From the human T2T-CHM13v2.0 reference genome, Homo sapiens: DNA of 64,000 nt. Under the pieces are notes generated by a model that saw only the letters and a program-made list of their open reading frames with translations, was not told where the DNA came from and did not search any database. Of this stretch, positions 16,291 to 28,820 are shown one piece after another. How positions within the stretch are numbered: position 1 is the stretch's first letter; each line of letters starts with the position of its first letter. Both the position numbers and the translations under genes were made by a program. The stretch lies in the NCBI RefSeq assembly GCF_009914755.1, contig NC_060925.1. One strand, 5' to 3'.

Positions 16291-16708
16291 CTCTCTGACC
16301 ACAGCCTCACGGGAAGCCCTTGCCTGAAGGCTCTCTTCCAGGTAACAGATTCCTGCTGTTATTCCTCCCCGTGTGCCTCAACTCCCCTTGCTGGTTCCTT
16401 TAACTCGTACCTCCTCTGAAACAAGCACCAATATTAAATTCTCTTCAGAAATCCCAGCCAAATAAGCCATTTGATTGCTTCCTAGACTGTAATGGGTACA
16501 AAGACCAGGATGAGAGAAAATATGACTAGATTTGCCCTGGAGTAGTCAGTCTTAATTGATGACCTGGCCAAACCTAAGGGGGAGAAGCAGGAGGGTCTGG
16601 AAGCAGGAGAACTGCAGCTACAGGGCTCATGAGAGGCCTGCAAGGAGAGAGGCTCTCAGAGTGATGGGGAAGGGGTAGCCTTGGAGCATGAGAGGCAGGG
16701 CAGGCTGA

Positions 16709-17138
<430 letters not shown>

Positions 17139-18159
17139 TAGGAAGAGCCCTAACACTGGGCTTTCATGACTATATGTAAAAATTTTCAGAAATAAGATAT
17201 TTTAATTGCAATTGATTTAAAATGCTGTCTCTTTCCAAGCCAACTTTTCCTCCATCACATTTCCATTCTTATTAGGGGGTAATCGAAGGGGTCCAGCTAA
17301 AACAAAGTTGAGTTGGGAATATATATAATCTGGGTTTAGGAGGATATATTTATGCAGTTCACAGACATTTGGGGGTAAAATTAAGTTGTTAGGCATCCAA
17401 GTGTAAGAATGACTTTCAAGAGTACTTCTATCATCCATGGCAAGATTCATTTGGCATTGTGTCATGAAGGGGCACGTCAAGAGGTCATATGGTGACATGA
17501 ACACATCCAACAAGGGTGTGTGGACAGTGGAGAAGAAACAAGGCTTGCAATGCACAGAAACAGAACCCGTCTGTGAAACCTTCTTCCAGTCATTGAATGT
17601 GTAAAATGTTAAACAGGAATCTGTACTCTGCAACCTTTGATCAGAATGGAAGTTCTTTCCTTCAAGAATATACTCAGTAATGCAGAGTATACAATTATAA
17701 ATGTACTAAAGATTTTTTTTCCTTTTTTAGGGTAGATTTTACTAGTCCCCTCAACCAGACACATTGGTGAGAGCACAAACTGCACAAATGTAGATGCAGT
17801 AGCTTTGATGACAAGGGGGTTACAAATACGTACCCACAGCCTGGCACTGCATGGAATGTGAAGGGTGCTAAATAGACTTAATGAATGGATGAATGAACAA
17901 ACTGGCATGGCCTGGAGGGGAGAGACTTCATAGAAGAGGTAAAAGGTCAAAAAGGAACAAAACAAGCTCTGGAAAGGAGCCTAGAATCCATGAGGTCGAG
18001 CAAGGAGGCAAGCCCCCTGAAGAGGACCAGCCCTCCAGAGAGCAACTGAGATTATGCTGGGCAGGAAAGCAAAGCTAGACACTGTAAGTCCTGGAAATCC
18101 AGAGTAGTTTAATGTTTAGATACTAAATAACAGAAAGCCACTACAAGATCCAGAGCAGA

Positions 18160-18454
18160 GGTTGGGTGCGGTGGCTCACGCCTGTAATCCCAGCACTTTG
18201 GGAGTCCGAGGTGGGCGGATCATGAGGTCAAGAGATCAAGACCATCCTGGCCAACAAGGTGAAACCCTGTCTCTACTAAAAATACAAAAATTAGCTGGGC
18301 ATGGTGGCACACACCTATAGTCCCAGCTACTTGCGAGGCTGGGGCAGGAGAATCACCTGAACCCAGGAGATGGAGGTTGCAGCCAAGGTCACGCCACTGC
18401 ACTCTAGCCTGGGTAACAAGAGTGAAACTCCAGCTCAAAAAGAAAAAAAAAAAA
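18160..18454 (+). mobile_element. AluSc-like, within an L2 remnant
   Basis: GGATCATGAGGTCAAGAGATCAAGACCATCC; TSD AAG(A/G)TCCAGAGCAGA. Confidence 0.95.
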
Positions 18455-19982
18455 AAGGTCCAGAGCAGAGTAGTGATGTGATGTGATAAAAGGTGGAGTT
18501 TTCTAAAAATTAACTTGACAGGGGACTCAAGATGGACTATAGCAGGGAGCAGACACAGGGAAGCACTGTCGTAACTCAAGTATAAAATGATATGGGCCTG
18601 AGTTAGGCTGTTGGGAATGATAAGAAAAAGATGAGTCTTAAGACTTATGGCAGGAATAATCTAATATTACTGAGAATAACTGATATTCAAATAATCAATT
18701 TGAATAACTGATATTCAAAATCTCTGTGATGTCATAGGCTCTTTCTTGGACTTTGCCATGGACATAAGATAACTAGCCTCATGGGTCTGAAGTCTCAGAT
18801 GAGCAGTTTGGCTATGATAGACTCTAAGGTTACATAATTGGTCCAAGAGAAGGCTCTCCAGATATCTTGGTAACGAAAATCTCTGTGTAGCCAGTATCTT
18901 AGCCCTTGTCTGCATTCACAGTCAGCTGCTGCCACTGTCATCCTCTGCAGCTGTTCTACAGCATGTGACATCCTGACTGAGCCTCCGCCGGAAATCCAGT
19001 GAGTGCTGATGCCCATTTTAGGGCCTGCTACATGGCAGCGGAAATGCACATCCTCCCAGAGGACAGCGAGTGAGTTCCGGAGCCCACATTCAGATGAGCC
19101 TGCACAGACCTCTCCCAAGGAACTTCAGGATGATTGATTAAATCTCTGCCTTTCAGTCCCCCTGATTAGGTATTGAACTATCCCTAGTGGGTTTCCTTCC
19201 TCTAGCAAATCATCCCACTCAATAGGAAACTATGGTTTTCCCTTTTTCCTGGTCTTCAGGCAGGAGAAACCAGTCCAGCAAGTGAGCAAATGGATTATTC
19301 ATAACTTTTGACAATACAGTCAGTAAACTGCTGTTGCTAAATGAATCTGCATTATTTATCCCTCTTCCGTAGTCTGCAATTCCATGCTGCCGGATATACT
19401 TGTTACCCAGAAATTTAAAGAGATGGTAATATCCCCAGAAATGTAAAGAGATGGCAATACCCATGGTCTCTTTATGTTGTGGCTCACCAGGGCCCTGTTC
19501 TTTATGGCGCATGCAATCAGTAAGACCAAGGCTTCAGCTTGGGGAATTAAGGGGCACAGCATGACAGCTTTCCTCTTGCAGGCTGAACTTTTATTTCACT
19601 GGCCCAGAGTGGTTGACAACTGTTCTCTAGAATGCCTTATGCTTCCTTTTCTGTAAGAAGGAGCCCTGACTTTTGCTCTTACCTACCCCCCATTTTAACC
19701 AGATTAATCTCCTAGATCTCAATAAATGACTATAGAATTGTGGCTAAAAGCCATGCAAGAAATTTTTTTTTAAAGAATGCAGAAATCCAATCAAACTGGA
19801 AAATATACAACTTGAATGGTGAAGTACAAGGTTCAACAACTCCTCTAATCATCCAGCAAAAAGATTAGAGACCACTCAATTAGGAGTGGGAAGAGTTCAA
19901 GAATTTTTTCCTATCCAAAACAGGCAACAAAATGCTGAAAGAGAGGATAAAAATTGGATAAAGGTAAAACTTGAAAGACATC

Positions 19983-20346
19983 TATCTTAGTCCATTTGGG
20001 CTGCTATAACAAAATGCCATAGACTGAGTGACTTATAAACAATAGAAACGTATTGCTCACAGTTCTGAAGTCTGGGAAGTCCAAGATCAAGGTGTTAACA
20101 GAGTTGGCGTCTGGTGAGGGTCCCCTTTCTGTTTCATAGATGGTTTCTTCTCACTGTATCATTAAATGGCGAAAAGGGTGAGGGAGCTCTCTGGGGCCTC
20201 CTTTCTATGGGCACTACTCTCCTTCATGGAGGCTCCACCCCGAGTCCTAATCATCTCCTGAAGGCCCCACCTCCAAGTACTAGCCCATTGAGGGTTAGGA
20301 TTTCTACATCTAAATTGGAGGTGACATAAACATTCAGTTCATAGCA
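19983..20346 (-). mobile_element. MLT1A-like MaLR solo LTR
   Basis: TATCTTAGTCCATTTGGGCTGCTATAACAAAA...AAACATTCAGTTCATAGCA; TSD ACATC/ACACC. Confidence 0.9.
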
Positions 20347-21962
20347 ACACCCACAGCACAAACTTGAGTATTCTTCATTCACTTCACAAAAAGTCTCCAA
20401 TCAAAAGAGAGGATTCCATGGGTTCTTCTGTGACTGAGTTGAATTATACAGAAAATAAGTATCCCACTGACATCTCTGCTGGCTAGTATCCAACTCATGG
20501 TCCTAGCTTTTACCTTCATTGCCTTAGCCCACATGATACATTTAATCTGCTCTTTTTAGTCTGAAATATGATTTTAAACCCATAGGAATGTATAAAAATT
20601 AACCAATGATAAAATATATAAAAGCTTTGTTATTAATATTTTTGTCAAATTTTAAAATGTTTTGTAATTATAGGTATTATTTTTTTCTTATTGAAACAAT
20701 GTATACTTTTAAATTGAAGTTACCTGTACTTTTCATGTAAAATGTATAAGAAAGTTCATTTGTAAACAGTGCGAACATTTACTTAAACTTGATTTAAGAC
20801 ATTTATAAACATGTTATTTAATTTACAAAAGCTTCTCCAAAGCTAGAAGAAGTTGTTTGCTGGGTATGGGAGTTTTCCCTCTGAAGCATTTGATGCGCTT
20901 AAGAGAACCAGAAAAATTGCATTTAATTTACACAAAGATGTTTAAGAGCTACAAATTAATTAGGTTTATAAATGAGGTTAATTGTTTAGGGGAAGTCAAC
21001 CTGTTAAAATTATTAATTTATTGACTATTATTAATTTACACAGAAATATATCTATTCTTACATAAAGATATATATTCTTATGTAAGTATTTACCAAAATT
21101 ATAGATAGAATAATAAGTTTTATAAGTTAAATGTAAGGCCTTAAGAAAAATAGGTTTGCCAATTTGTGACTTTAATAGACTATTGGTTTAATTTAATTTT
21201 ATTTTAGGAAGCCATATGTTCACTATTTATTGAGTATCTCATATGTAGGCATTATGGTTATTATGGGAGATGCTTCAGTGAACAAAATATAGTTCGATAT
21301 TTCACTCTTGGGGCTTATAATCTAGTAGCAGAAACAGACAGTATACAACTGATTATGCAACTAATGATTTAATTACAAGTCTAGTGCATTCTGCAAAAAA
21401 ATGTAGATTGATATTTTTTAACACAGACAGTTGCAGTCTACTTTGGATGTTTTTATAAATGAGAAAGGCATTTTGAAGATATTACCTATATAAGAGACAT
21501 GACAGAAGAGAAAGATGGTTCCCCCAAATTGTCAATCAAGGCCTAAATTTAAAAGTGCAACTAAAAATATTTCTCCTTTTTGTGCAATAGATCTCTTAAT
21601 TTTTCTGTCTATCTGAAATTTCCTGTCTGTTGAGCAACTACATATTAATTTTAAAATCACCTAACTATAAATCGTCTGTTTGATACACACACACACACAA
21701 ATCCTTGGGCAAATTTAAAACGACTGTTAAAAACACAAGTCAATGCTTTAACGAAGCCCACCAACTGTCAATTGGTCAAGGCTCCTCCCAGCCCTGGCCT
21801 GGTTCTGCCCCAGCAGGGAGGTTTTCAGACTTCCAGGTTGGGTAAGAAGTTTATTTCCTTAGGGGCAATGTTGGTGGTGTCTGTTCTACTTGACCATAAA
21901 CACCATAATGTAAGAGGCCATGTCTGTTTTGTGAATTATGATATATCCCTCATCTTTTCTAT

Positions 21963-22010
21963 CTAACATTTAAAAGTCCTAACATTAAAAGACCTAACAT
22001 TAAAAAGTCA
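21963..22010. repeat. About 3 tandem copies of a ~15-bp unit (CTAACATTAAAAG..)
   Basis: CTAACATTTAAAAGTC CTAACATTAAAAGAC CTAACATTAAAAAGTC read directly. Confidence 0.8.
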
Positions 22011-22475
22011 CTTAACAACTATCAAGTGAGTGAATGAGTGAATGGTGAGTGAATAGCTTGTGGGGCTCCTGGCCTTTCCCTAGACTGTCCAGCCAGGGAC
22101 TGCAATGCCTTGCCCGTCCTTTGACTCTTTTGAGTTCCTTGTTCCTATTTGTCCATTCTTTGACTTGCCCTCTTGCCTCATTCTCTAAACTCTGAACTCC
22201 TGTGACTTTAGACTACTTATCTAATGCAACCCACTTTCTTAATGCATTCTCCAACCCGCAACCCCAATGTGTCTTTTGGGTCCCTAATGCAAGATTCTTT
22301 GGCTATTACCTAAAATCAGAATCATACACTTGGGACAGTTTTCCGGAGACAGACCCTGAGGCAGATGGACAACTTGCTGATAAGACACCACCTTTTATAA
22401 GACTTTGTTAACCAGCAGGAGGACTTTGGACACCAACTCCTCAGCAGAGATCAACACATCCTGCAGCAGCAGACA

Positions 22476-22583
22476 TTGCTGGCATTTCTTCATATGAATG
22501 TTCATTAAGTCCTTTTAGGTCTGAAGTACTCATAGGAAACCTAAAAGGACTTAATGAACATTCATATGAAGAAATGCCAGCAA
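22476..22583. repeat. Perfect 45-bp inverted repeat with 18-bp spacer
   Basis: Arm 22476-22520 (TTGCTGGCATTTCTTCATATGAATGTTCATTAAGTCCTTTTAGGT) is the exact reverse complement of 22539-22583. Confidence 0.98.
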
Positions 22584-23961
22584 AGAGATCCTCCTTATAG
22601 CATCATGAAATCATTACAGAAGAATCATTGACGATGAAATATACTTGATAACAAAAGCTTAGTTCTTTAAGCTCTTTTCTTTTCCCTTATTAGTATACTA
22701 GTGGACCAATAATCCTGTTTGACCGTCAGTGATAGAAAAATCTCATCCTAACCTCAGTGTGTCATCAATGTACCTTTTTGTACCAGCCTTCTAATGCCTG
22801 AGGACCTTAAGTCCTGCCTAAAACAACCTTGATTTCTTTCTTAAAGCAGGTGAACTTCTTACCTGTCTGTCTCCATAGTGATGGCTCAAACTCTGCCTTG
22901 GATATGCTCTCTGACCTGAATTTCATGCCTGGTTTTGACCTATGACATTGTTCATCTCAGCTCCAGTTTTACCTGGCTTGAGATCTCTGTCCCTCCCTGA
23001 GTGATAACATTGAGTTCCTCCTACAGTTACGCCCATTTCCATGACTAGCTCTCCACATGTGGTTCTGGGCCCTCATCTCACCTCATTACTAAAGAAGTTG
23101 ACATTTCTAATCTAGCATCTTCCCTTTTGCTTTCTGTTTCCTTTTTCTCTTCCATTGCTCAACATTTTAGGGCCAACGAATGAAGGAGGAGGAATATCAG
23201 AAGGAGAGAATAAGATGAAGAGGATTGAATCTCATTCCTCTCTTTTCATATAGCCAAGAGAAAAGAGCTACAGATATTCTTCAGCCTTAAGGAAAAAAAT
23301 GCCTAAATAAAAGAAAAAAAAAAAAAAAACTCTTTAAACCCCTGGTTCCCCTCCATGATGCCATTTTCTTTTGTTAAAGTTAAGAAAATAGATGCATAAG
23401 CCATCATTATACTAAAAAGTTATCTCATATCTAGTGGTACTGTAGAATGTCAGCCTCACTCAAAGGAACATGTACTTCTAACTCTGAAGTTTCTCTGAAA
23501 TCTATTAAAATTTACAGGATATATGCTGGTTTGAAAACTTTTTTGGTTACCATGGGTTTTAAATGGTAATCGGAATTCAAAGTCAAACTTACATATTTTT
23601 AAAGTGATTGTCAAATCGGTCAAAATAAATGGAAAACTTTTGTGAAGTATATAAAGAAATGTAAATGCTTTATGGGAATTGAAACAGATGGACAGTTTCC
23701 CTGGTAAGGCACCAACTTTGATGTCTTTTGTCACCAAAAGAACCAAATTCCTCAAGGGCTCTTTGCTTGAGGCTTTGATATAAATCCTAATATAAACTGT
23801 CCCTAAAATCCAGAAAAGTCACTTGACAACCCTACCTCATCCTTTTCATTTGAAGTCTTAGTTGGGCTTTTTCAAATTTTTAAGAAATGTTAGGGTCATC
23901 TCAAGCAACACAATGTTTGGCTAAAGACACGAAGAATAAACCACACATAAAAGATAAAGGC

Positions 23962-24266
23962 GACTGGGCATACTGGCTCATGCCTGTAATCCCATCACTT
24001 TGTGAGGCTGAGGTGTACGGATCACTTGAGCCCAGGAGTTCAAGACCAGCCTGAGCAACATAGTGAGACCTGTCTCTACAAAAAATACAAAAATTAGCCA
24101 GGTGTGGTGATGTGCGCCTGTAATCCTAGCTACTCAGGAGGCTGAGGCAAGGAGGATTGCCTGAGCTCAGGAGGTCAAGGCTGCAGTGAACCATGATTGA
24201 GCCACTGTCCTCCAGCCTGGGCAACAGAGCAAGACGCTGTCTCAAAAAAAAAAAAAAAAAAAAAAA
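23962..24266 (+). mobile_element. AluJ-like
   Basis: Dimer with J diagnostics and long poly-A. Confidence 0.95.
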
Positions 24267-24531
24267 GACACAGACCTCAGGAAACTGGAAAGTTGTTCAG
24301 GACACAAGGGCAATTTTCATGTCCCAACAGCAACTCTAATATCTACCTTACCTCTCCTCTAGGCTCCTTTTCTCTGTGCTTCTCTCAACACCTCTCTTGA
24401 GTTGTCATTGTGCTGACTCAATGCTCCTTCTTCTTCTGGACTTAGGTTCACCACCTTCTGTCTGTGATCTCTTCACATGTGCTGCCACTGCCTGTGGATC
24501 ATCTGCTTTCATATTAACATTCCTCATAACA

Positions 24532-24675
24532 AGCCAGGCATGGTGATACACACCTGTAGTCCTGGCTACTCAGGAGGCTGAGCAGGGAGGATCACTTGAA
24601 GCCAGGAGTTCAAGTCCCACCTAGGCCACATAGCAAGACCCTTGTCTTCAAAAAAATAAATAAGTACAATAAAAA
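24532..24675 (+). mobile_element. FLAM (Alu monomer)
   Basis: Single Alu arm ending GACCCTTGTCTTC followed by an A-rich tail. Confidence 0.88.
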
Positions 24676-24728
24676 TTTCCTATAAGAGAGTCAGATACTA
24701 TTCAGAAATAGTAGTAGTATACTTATAG

Positions 24729-24954
24729 GAAGTAGTATTATTTTCATTGCCAACAATTTTCTAAAAGAAGCCATCTCACTGATAACTACCAACAGCCAGT
24801 TTTCTTAATCTGGTGCAAAGTATGGTTTCAGTGTCTATCGTGAGTTATAGTTTTGAATCTGCTGCCTTTAAAATGTCTTCTTTTCAGCATTCAGAGCATA
24901 CTGCTCATTGATGTTTGCTTCTATTTAATTATAAGGTGAATATTCTAAGAATAA
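24729..24954 (+). repeat. Copy 1 of a ~215-bp dispersed direct duplication
   Basis: Shares TGATAACTACCAACAGCCAGTTTTCTTAAT, TATAGTTTTGAATCTGCTG, TGTCTTCTTTTCAGCA and GTGAATATTCTA with 26989-27200. Confidence 0.92.
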
Positions 24955-26399
24955 GCCTCGTTTTGAGTTTCCTAGTCATTGTCTACTATTAGTGCCGTCA
25001 CTGGGCAGATTTCTCCCAAGAGTCACCCAGTTGCCCCTTGAGTAAGGCACCAATCTGTGGAGTCCAGGTAGAAGGGACACACGGCGCAAATTGTTTGCAA
25101 TGACATTTCTCTGAGAAGGGTAGGGAACATGGCAACTACCCAGAACATCTGAGCCACTACATTTGGGTTTTATAGATATATGGTTCCAACTTATTTTTAT
25201 AGCAACAAAATTAAATCTAAAGAGGGATCACATATTATTAAATTATAAGCCTCTTCCCACATGTAACCTTTTGCTGCAGATTTATGAAAAATATAACATG
25301 CTAGCTTCTTTATCTTTATTGACATCACTGATAGAATATCATGGAGAGCAGGACAGGACACAAAGACAGAATCCCGAGGCATGTTATAGACTAGCCTGGC
25401 CACCAATCAACATTCTTACAGTATAACACAGTGTTTCAACTGCTTATGACTTTATTCAACTTCATTATCTTCTCTCTGCAACTTAGAAATGAAAAGAACT
25501 TTGTCAAAAGCCTAGCTAACATTAAACTATCTTATGGGTTTGGAAAGTTTGGCTTTTCTGGGGTTTGTTGTTTTTTTTGTTGTTGTTGTTATCCCTAAAG
25601 CTTGTCATTATTGCCTAGACATTAGACTCTAAAAGTGAGCTTTAATAGCACTATTGTTATTACCCAATCTTTTAGGTTACTCCCACTGAGCAACTCCGTG
25701 CCAGGTTCAGTTCAGAGTAAAACCGATGCCCAAGATACTTTTTCCCTTTACATTCACAAGCTGTTCAGCAGAAAATTAAATTAAAGTAAGCACTGATGAT
25801 TATTGCCTGTATCAGTCTGGCGACCCCATCCCAAAAGGATGTGAGGTTAGTGTGACATGTTCTCAATGAATTTGTGTCAGCTGTTTCAGTCACTACTGGT
25901 TTTTCAAAGATTCAAACCATCAGTTTGAGGGCCTCAGCCTTAGCAGTTTGCTCTCTCCAAATTCCAACTTGTCAAACACTCAAGAAAGGTCTTTCATTAA
26001 CTGAGCTGAATTTCATTTATAAACTTTAGTTCCCACTAAAGCTCATGCACAAAATCTCTATTCCCAATACAAAATGATAGCCACAAAAACTCAGAAAGAG
26101 TGGAGATTGGAAAACTGCCCTTCAGAAAGCTTCCAACGCAGTCGGAAGTTTCGCTCATTGAGTGATTCCCCCCGCCCGCCCTCCTTCTCCACATGCATAA
26201 TGCAAACGACTCCAACCTGAGAAAAAAACCTACTGATGTGCTGTGAAGGACAACGGAAAAGATCCTTCAGGGAACATGCCTGCGACTCTCAGACAGGAAT
26301 CCAATTCTCCAGACATTCAACTTCCTGCTCTGTCCTTGAGAATTTCTTCCTGCAAAGAATTCTGTACCACACCAATGGGTGAACTATCTCTGATCTCTC

Positions 26400-26900
26400 A
26401 TGCAATCAGCCAATATTTACGGAGCATATCCTGTGTGCCAGGATCTGACCTGGATGCTGGGGATAAGGCAATGAACAAAACCAAGGCCTTGCTCACTTGG
26501 AGCTTATCTTCTAGTGTTTTCGTTTTGTGGAGCTTATATTGCACCCTGTGGATCTGCATCGCGAGACCTTTGCTCATGCTCTTCCAGCTGCCTGGAACTC
26601 CCTCCTTCATCATTTCCACTTAACTAATTTCTAACATCTTCAAAGCTCAGCTCAAACCATACCTCCTCTATGACTCTTTCCCAGATCTCCCTGGTTTAAG
26701 ATTTCTTTAACTGCCAACCAAACACACTCTTGTACCAAATATTTAGTCCTTAATGCCTTATGTATCATTTATATTTATTTATGCACAAATCCTATCTCTC
26801 CAACTATATTGAAGCCCTTTGAAGACAGATAATGAATCTTTTGTTATTTTTTAAGCCCCAGCACCAAAGTACCCTGTATGAAGAGAGTACATCGTAAATA
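26400..26900. mobile_element. L2 fragments (antisense 3' end ~26400-26510; sense fragment ~26540-26900)
   Basis: CAATATTTACGGAGCATATCCTGTGTGCCAGG; CCTTTGCTCATGCT...TTCAAAGCTCAGCTCAAA. Confidence 0.6.
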
Positions 26901-26988
26901 GTGGTAGCTAATGACAATGATAGTGAACTGAATAATATTTTTCCTTTAGTCTGGAATAGAGCGAGCAAATAAATCAAGGATATCAAAG

Positions 26989-27200
26989 AAAGTAGTATTT
27001 TCATTGGTGACAATTTTACAAAAGAAGCAGTCTCATTGATAACTACCAACAGCCAGTTTTCTTAATTTGGTCCTAAGTATCCTAAGCTCAGTTTAAATGC
27101 CTATCATGAGCTATAGTTTTGAATCTGCTGTCTTCTTTTCAGCACATTGCTCATTGATGCTTGCTTCAGTTTAATTTTAAAGTGAATATTCTATGAATAA
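26989..27200 (+). repeat. Copy 2 of the ~215-bp dispersed direct duplication
   Basis: Colinear match to 24729-24954 with substitutions and several small indels. Confidence 0.92.
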
Positions 27201-27549
27201 AAAAGGAAAGTATTTTGGCTTTCATTCCATTTAAACTGAATTGAGTAAGGAATCACTCAGCAGGTATAATGTAGCAAATTGTATAATAACAATAGCAGGG
27301 TTAAAATTTACCTTTGGAGAATAAAATGTAAGCAATAACAAGATACGCTTTATAGACAAGAAAATAAAAGGCCAGGCTTTTCTCAAAACTCATGACAGTA
27401 ACGTGATCAAGCAAGCTTTGCCTGTCAGAGGAAATCCCTGTGTGTAAGCATTATTGCCATTTTGGCTGCCATTTTTCATAGACAGTCTAGGAAACCTGGG
27501 ACTTTTGGGAGGCAGAGATCAATAGTAAATTTTTATATTTCAGTGTCAC

Positions 27550-27690
27550 TCTAAAATTTATAGTGCTTTCACACATGTTATCTCATTTGATCCTTTCACA
27601 AACTCAGCAGAAAGTAGAGCAGGTAAATAATTTTTAAACTTTAAGACAGGGAAACTGAGGTTCAAGTGTTAAGAACATTACAAGAATTGG
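27550..27690 (-). mobile_element. MIR fragment
   Basis: TGCTTTCACACATGTTATCTCATTTGATCCT...GGAAACTGAGG. Confidence 0.7.
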
Positions 27691-28734
27691 CCATATTAGA
27701 TGACATTCCCATCAATGAATGCTTCCACTTCCATACATGCCCACAAATAAGCTCCCTGTTTTTCTGCCTTTGATCCTTCTCCTTGTGCTTGAAATAAAAT
27801 AGGAAGAGTTCTGTTTCTGTCAAGGGGTTTTGACTTGTTTAGGCCAACTCTCTCATTGACAACCAGAAGACATGGACAAATTCAAAGGCACCTTATAGCT
27901 ACAAAGGCAATGAGAACTTGTGAGTTAGTATCTTGGAGTGGGGAGAACCTCAGAGAAATGAATCTAATATTTGGTGCTTTATTCCTTCCCAAGGCATTTG
28001 TCAACTGAAAAGCAACAGCTGAGAGTTTGAGAAACTGAACAAGGTTTTCGTAAGTCTATAGGGAAAGACAGGGAGATAAAAATAGAAGTTTAGGGTCTCA
28101 AAGAAGAAGGATCCCAAAAGAAAATATTCCAGCCTTTTTGTCATGACACAGAAGGAATTCAACCAAGAAGGAAGGACGAAGTAGAAATAAACTCGCCAAA
28201 AGTCTATTTCAAAATGACTTCACAGGTTCAAAATAGCTGATTTCCTGGTTGGAATCAGGTAACACTCCCACACCCAGCATCCTGCCAAAAGCAAAGGTGA
28301 ATCTTTTCTGGGGAAAAATGTCATCCATGACCTTAAACTATTTCCATAATTTTTCAACATAAAGTCCAGCACTCACATAAAAAGTAAAATAGACCTTAAA
28401 TATATAAGAATTAGTTGTAAAACAAAAGAAAAATGACAATGGAATAGAACAAACAAAAATACAATGGAATAAAATAGTAACAGGCACACATGTCATCCAT
28501 ATATTGTAACTATGATGAGTATGTTCAAGAAAATAAATGAGAAGATGACAAATTTTAGGAGTGACAAGGAAACTACAAAAAGAAAATAAATGAAAATTCT
28601 TAACATAAGTTAAGAGCTCAAAGTATGGAAAAGATTAAATGCAGCTGAAGAGAGAGTCAGAAGAAAAGATTCAGACTGAAGCATGAAGAAATAAAAATTA
28701 GATTAAGAGGCATAAAGTCTAACATGCACTTAAA

Positions 28735-28820
28735 TGGTGTAAAGAAGGAAGAGACAGAGGGGGCAAAAGCAATATTTGGTGTAAAGAAGGAAGAGACGGA
28801 GTGGGGCAGAAGCAATATTT
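28735..28820. repeat. Tandem duplication, 2 x ~42 bp
   Basis: TGGTGTAAAGAAGGAAGAGAC..GAG..GGGGCA.AAGCAATATT occurs twice. Confidence 0.9.

Noticed and set aside
17217-17633. 138-aa ORF on the - strand in non-repeat DNA
   Set aside because: No recognisable domain, splice context or compositional signal; this length can occur by chance in 64 kb.
21963-22010. CRISPR-like or other spaced-repeat array (also considered the 40157-40274 and 28735-28820 duplications)
   Set aside because: Units are contiguous with no unique spacers; eukaryotic context with no cas genes.
22476-22583. Made1/miR-548-type MITE explanation for the hairpin
   Set aside because: Termini lack the Made1 TIR (TTAGGTTGGTGCAAAAG) and TA TSD. 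I recognise no named miRNA, so none is called.
26243-26623. 126-aa ORF just downstream of the motif cluster
   Set aside because: GTG start, runs through L2 fragments, no homology recognised.
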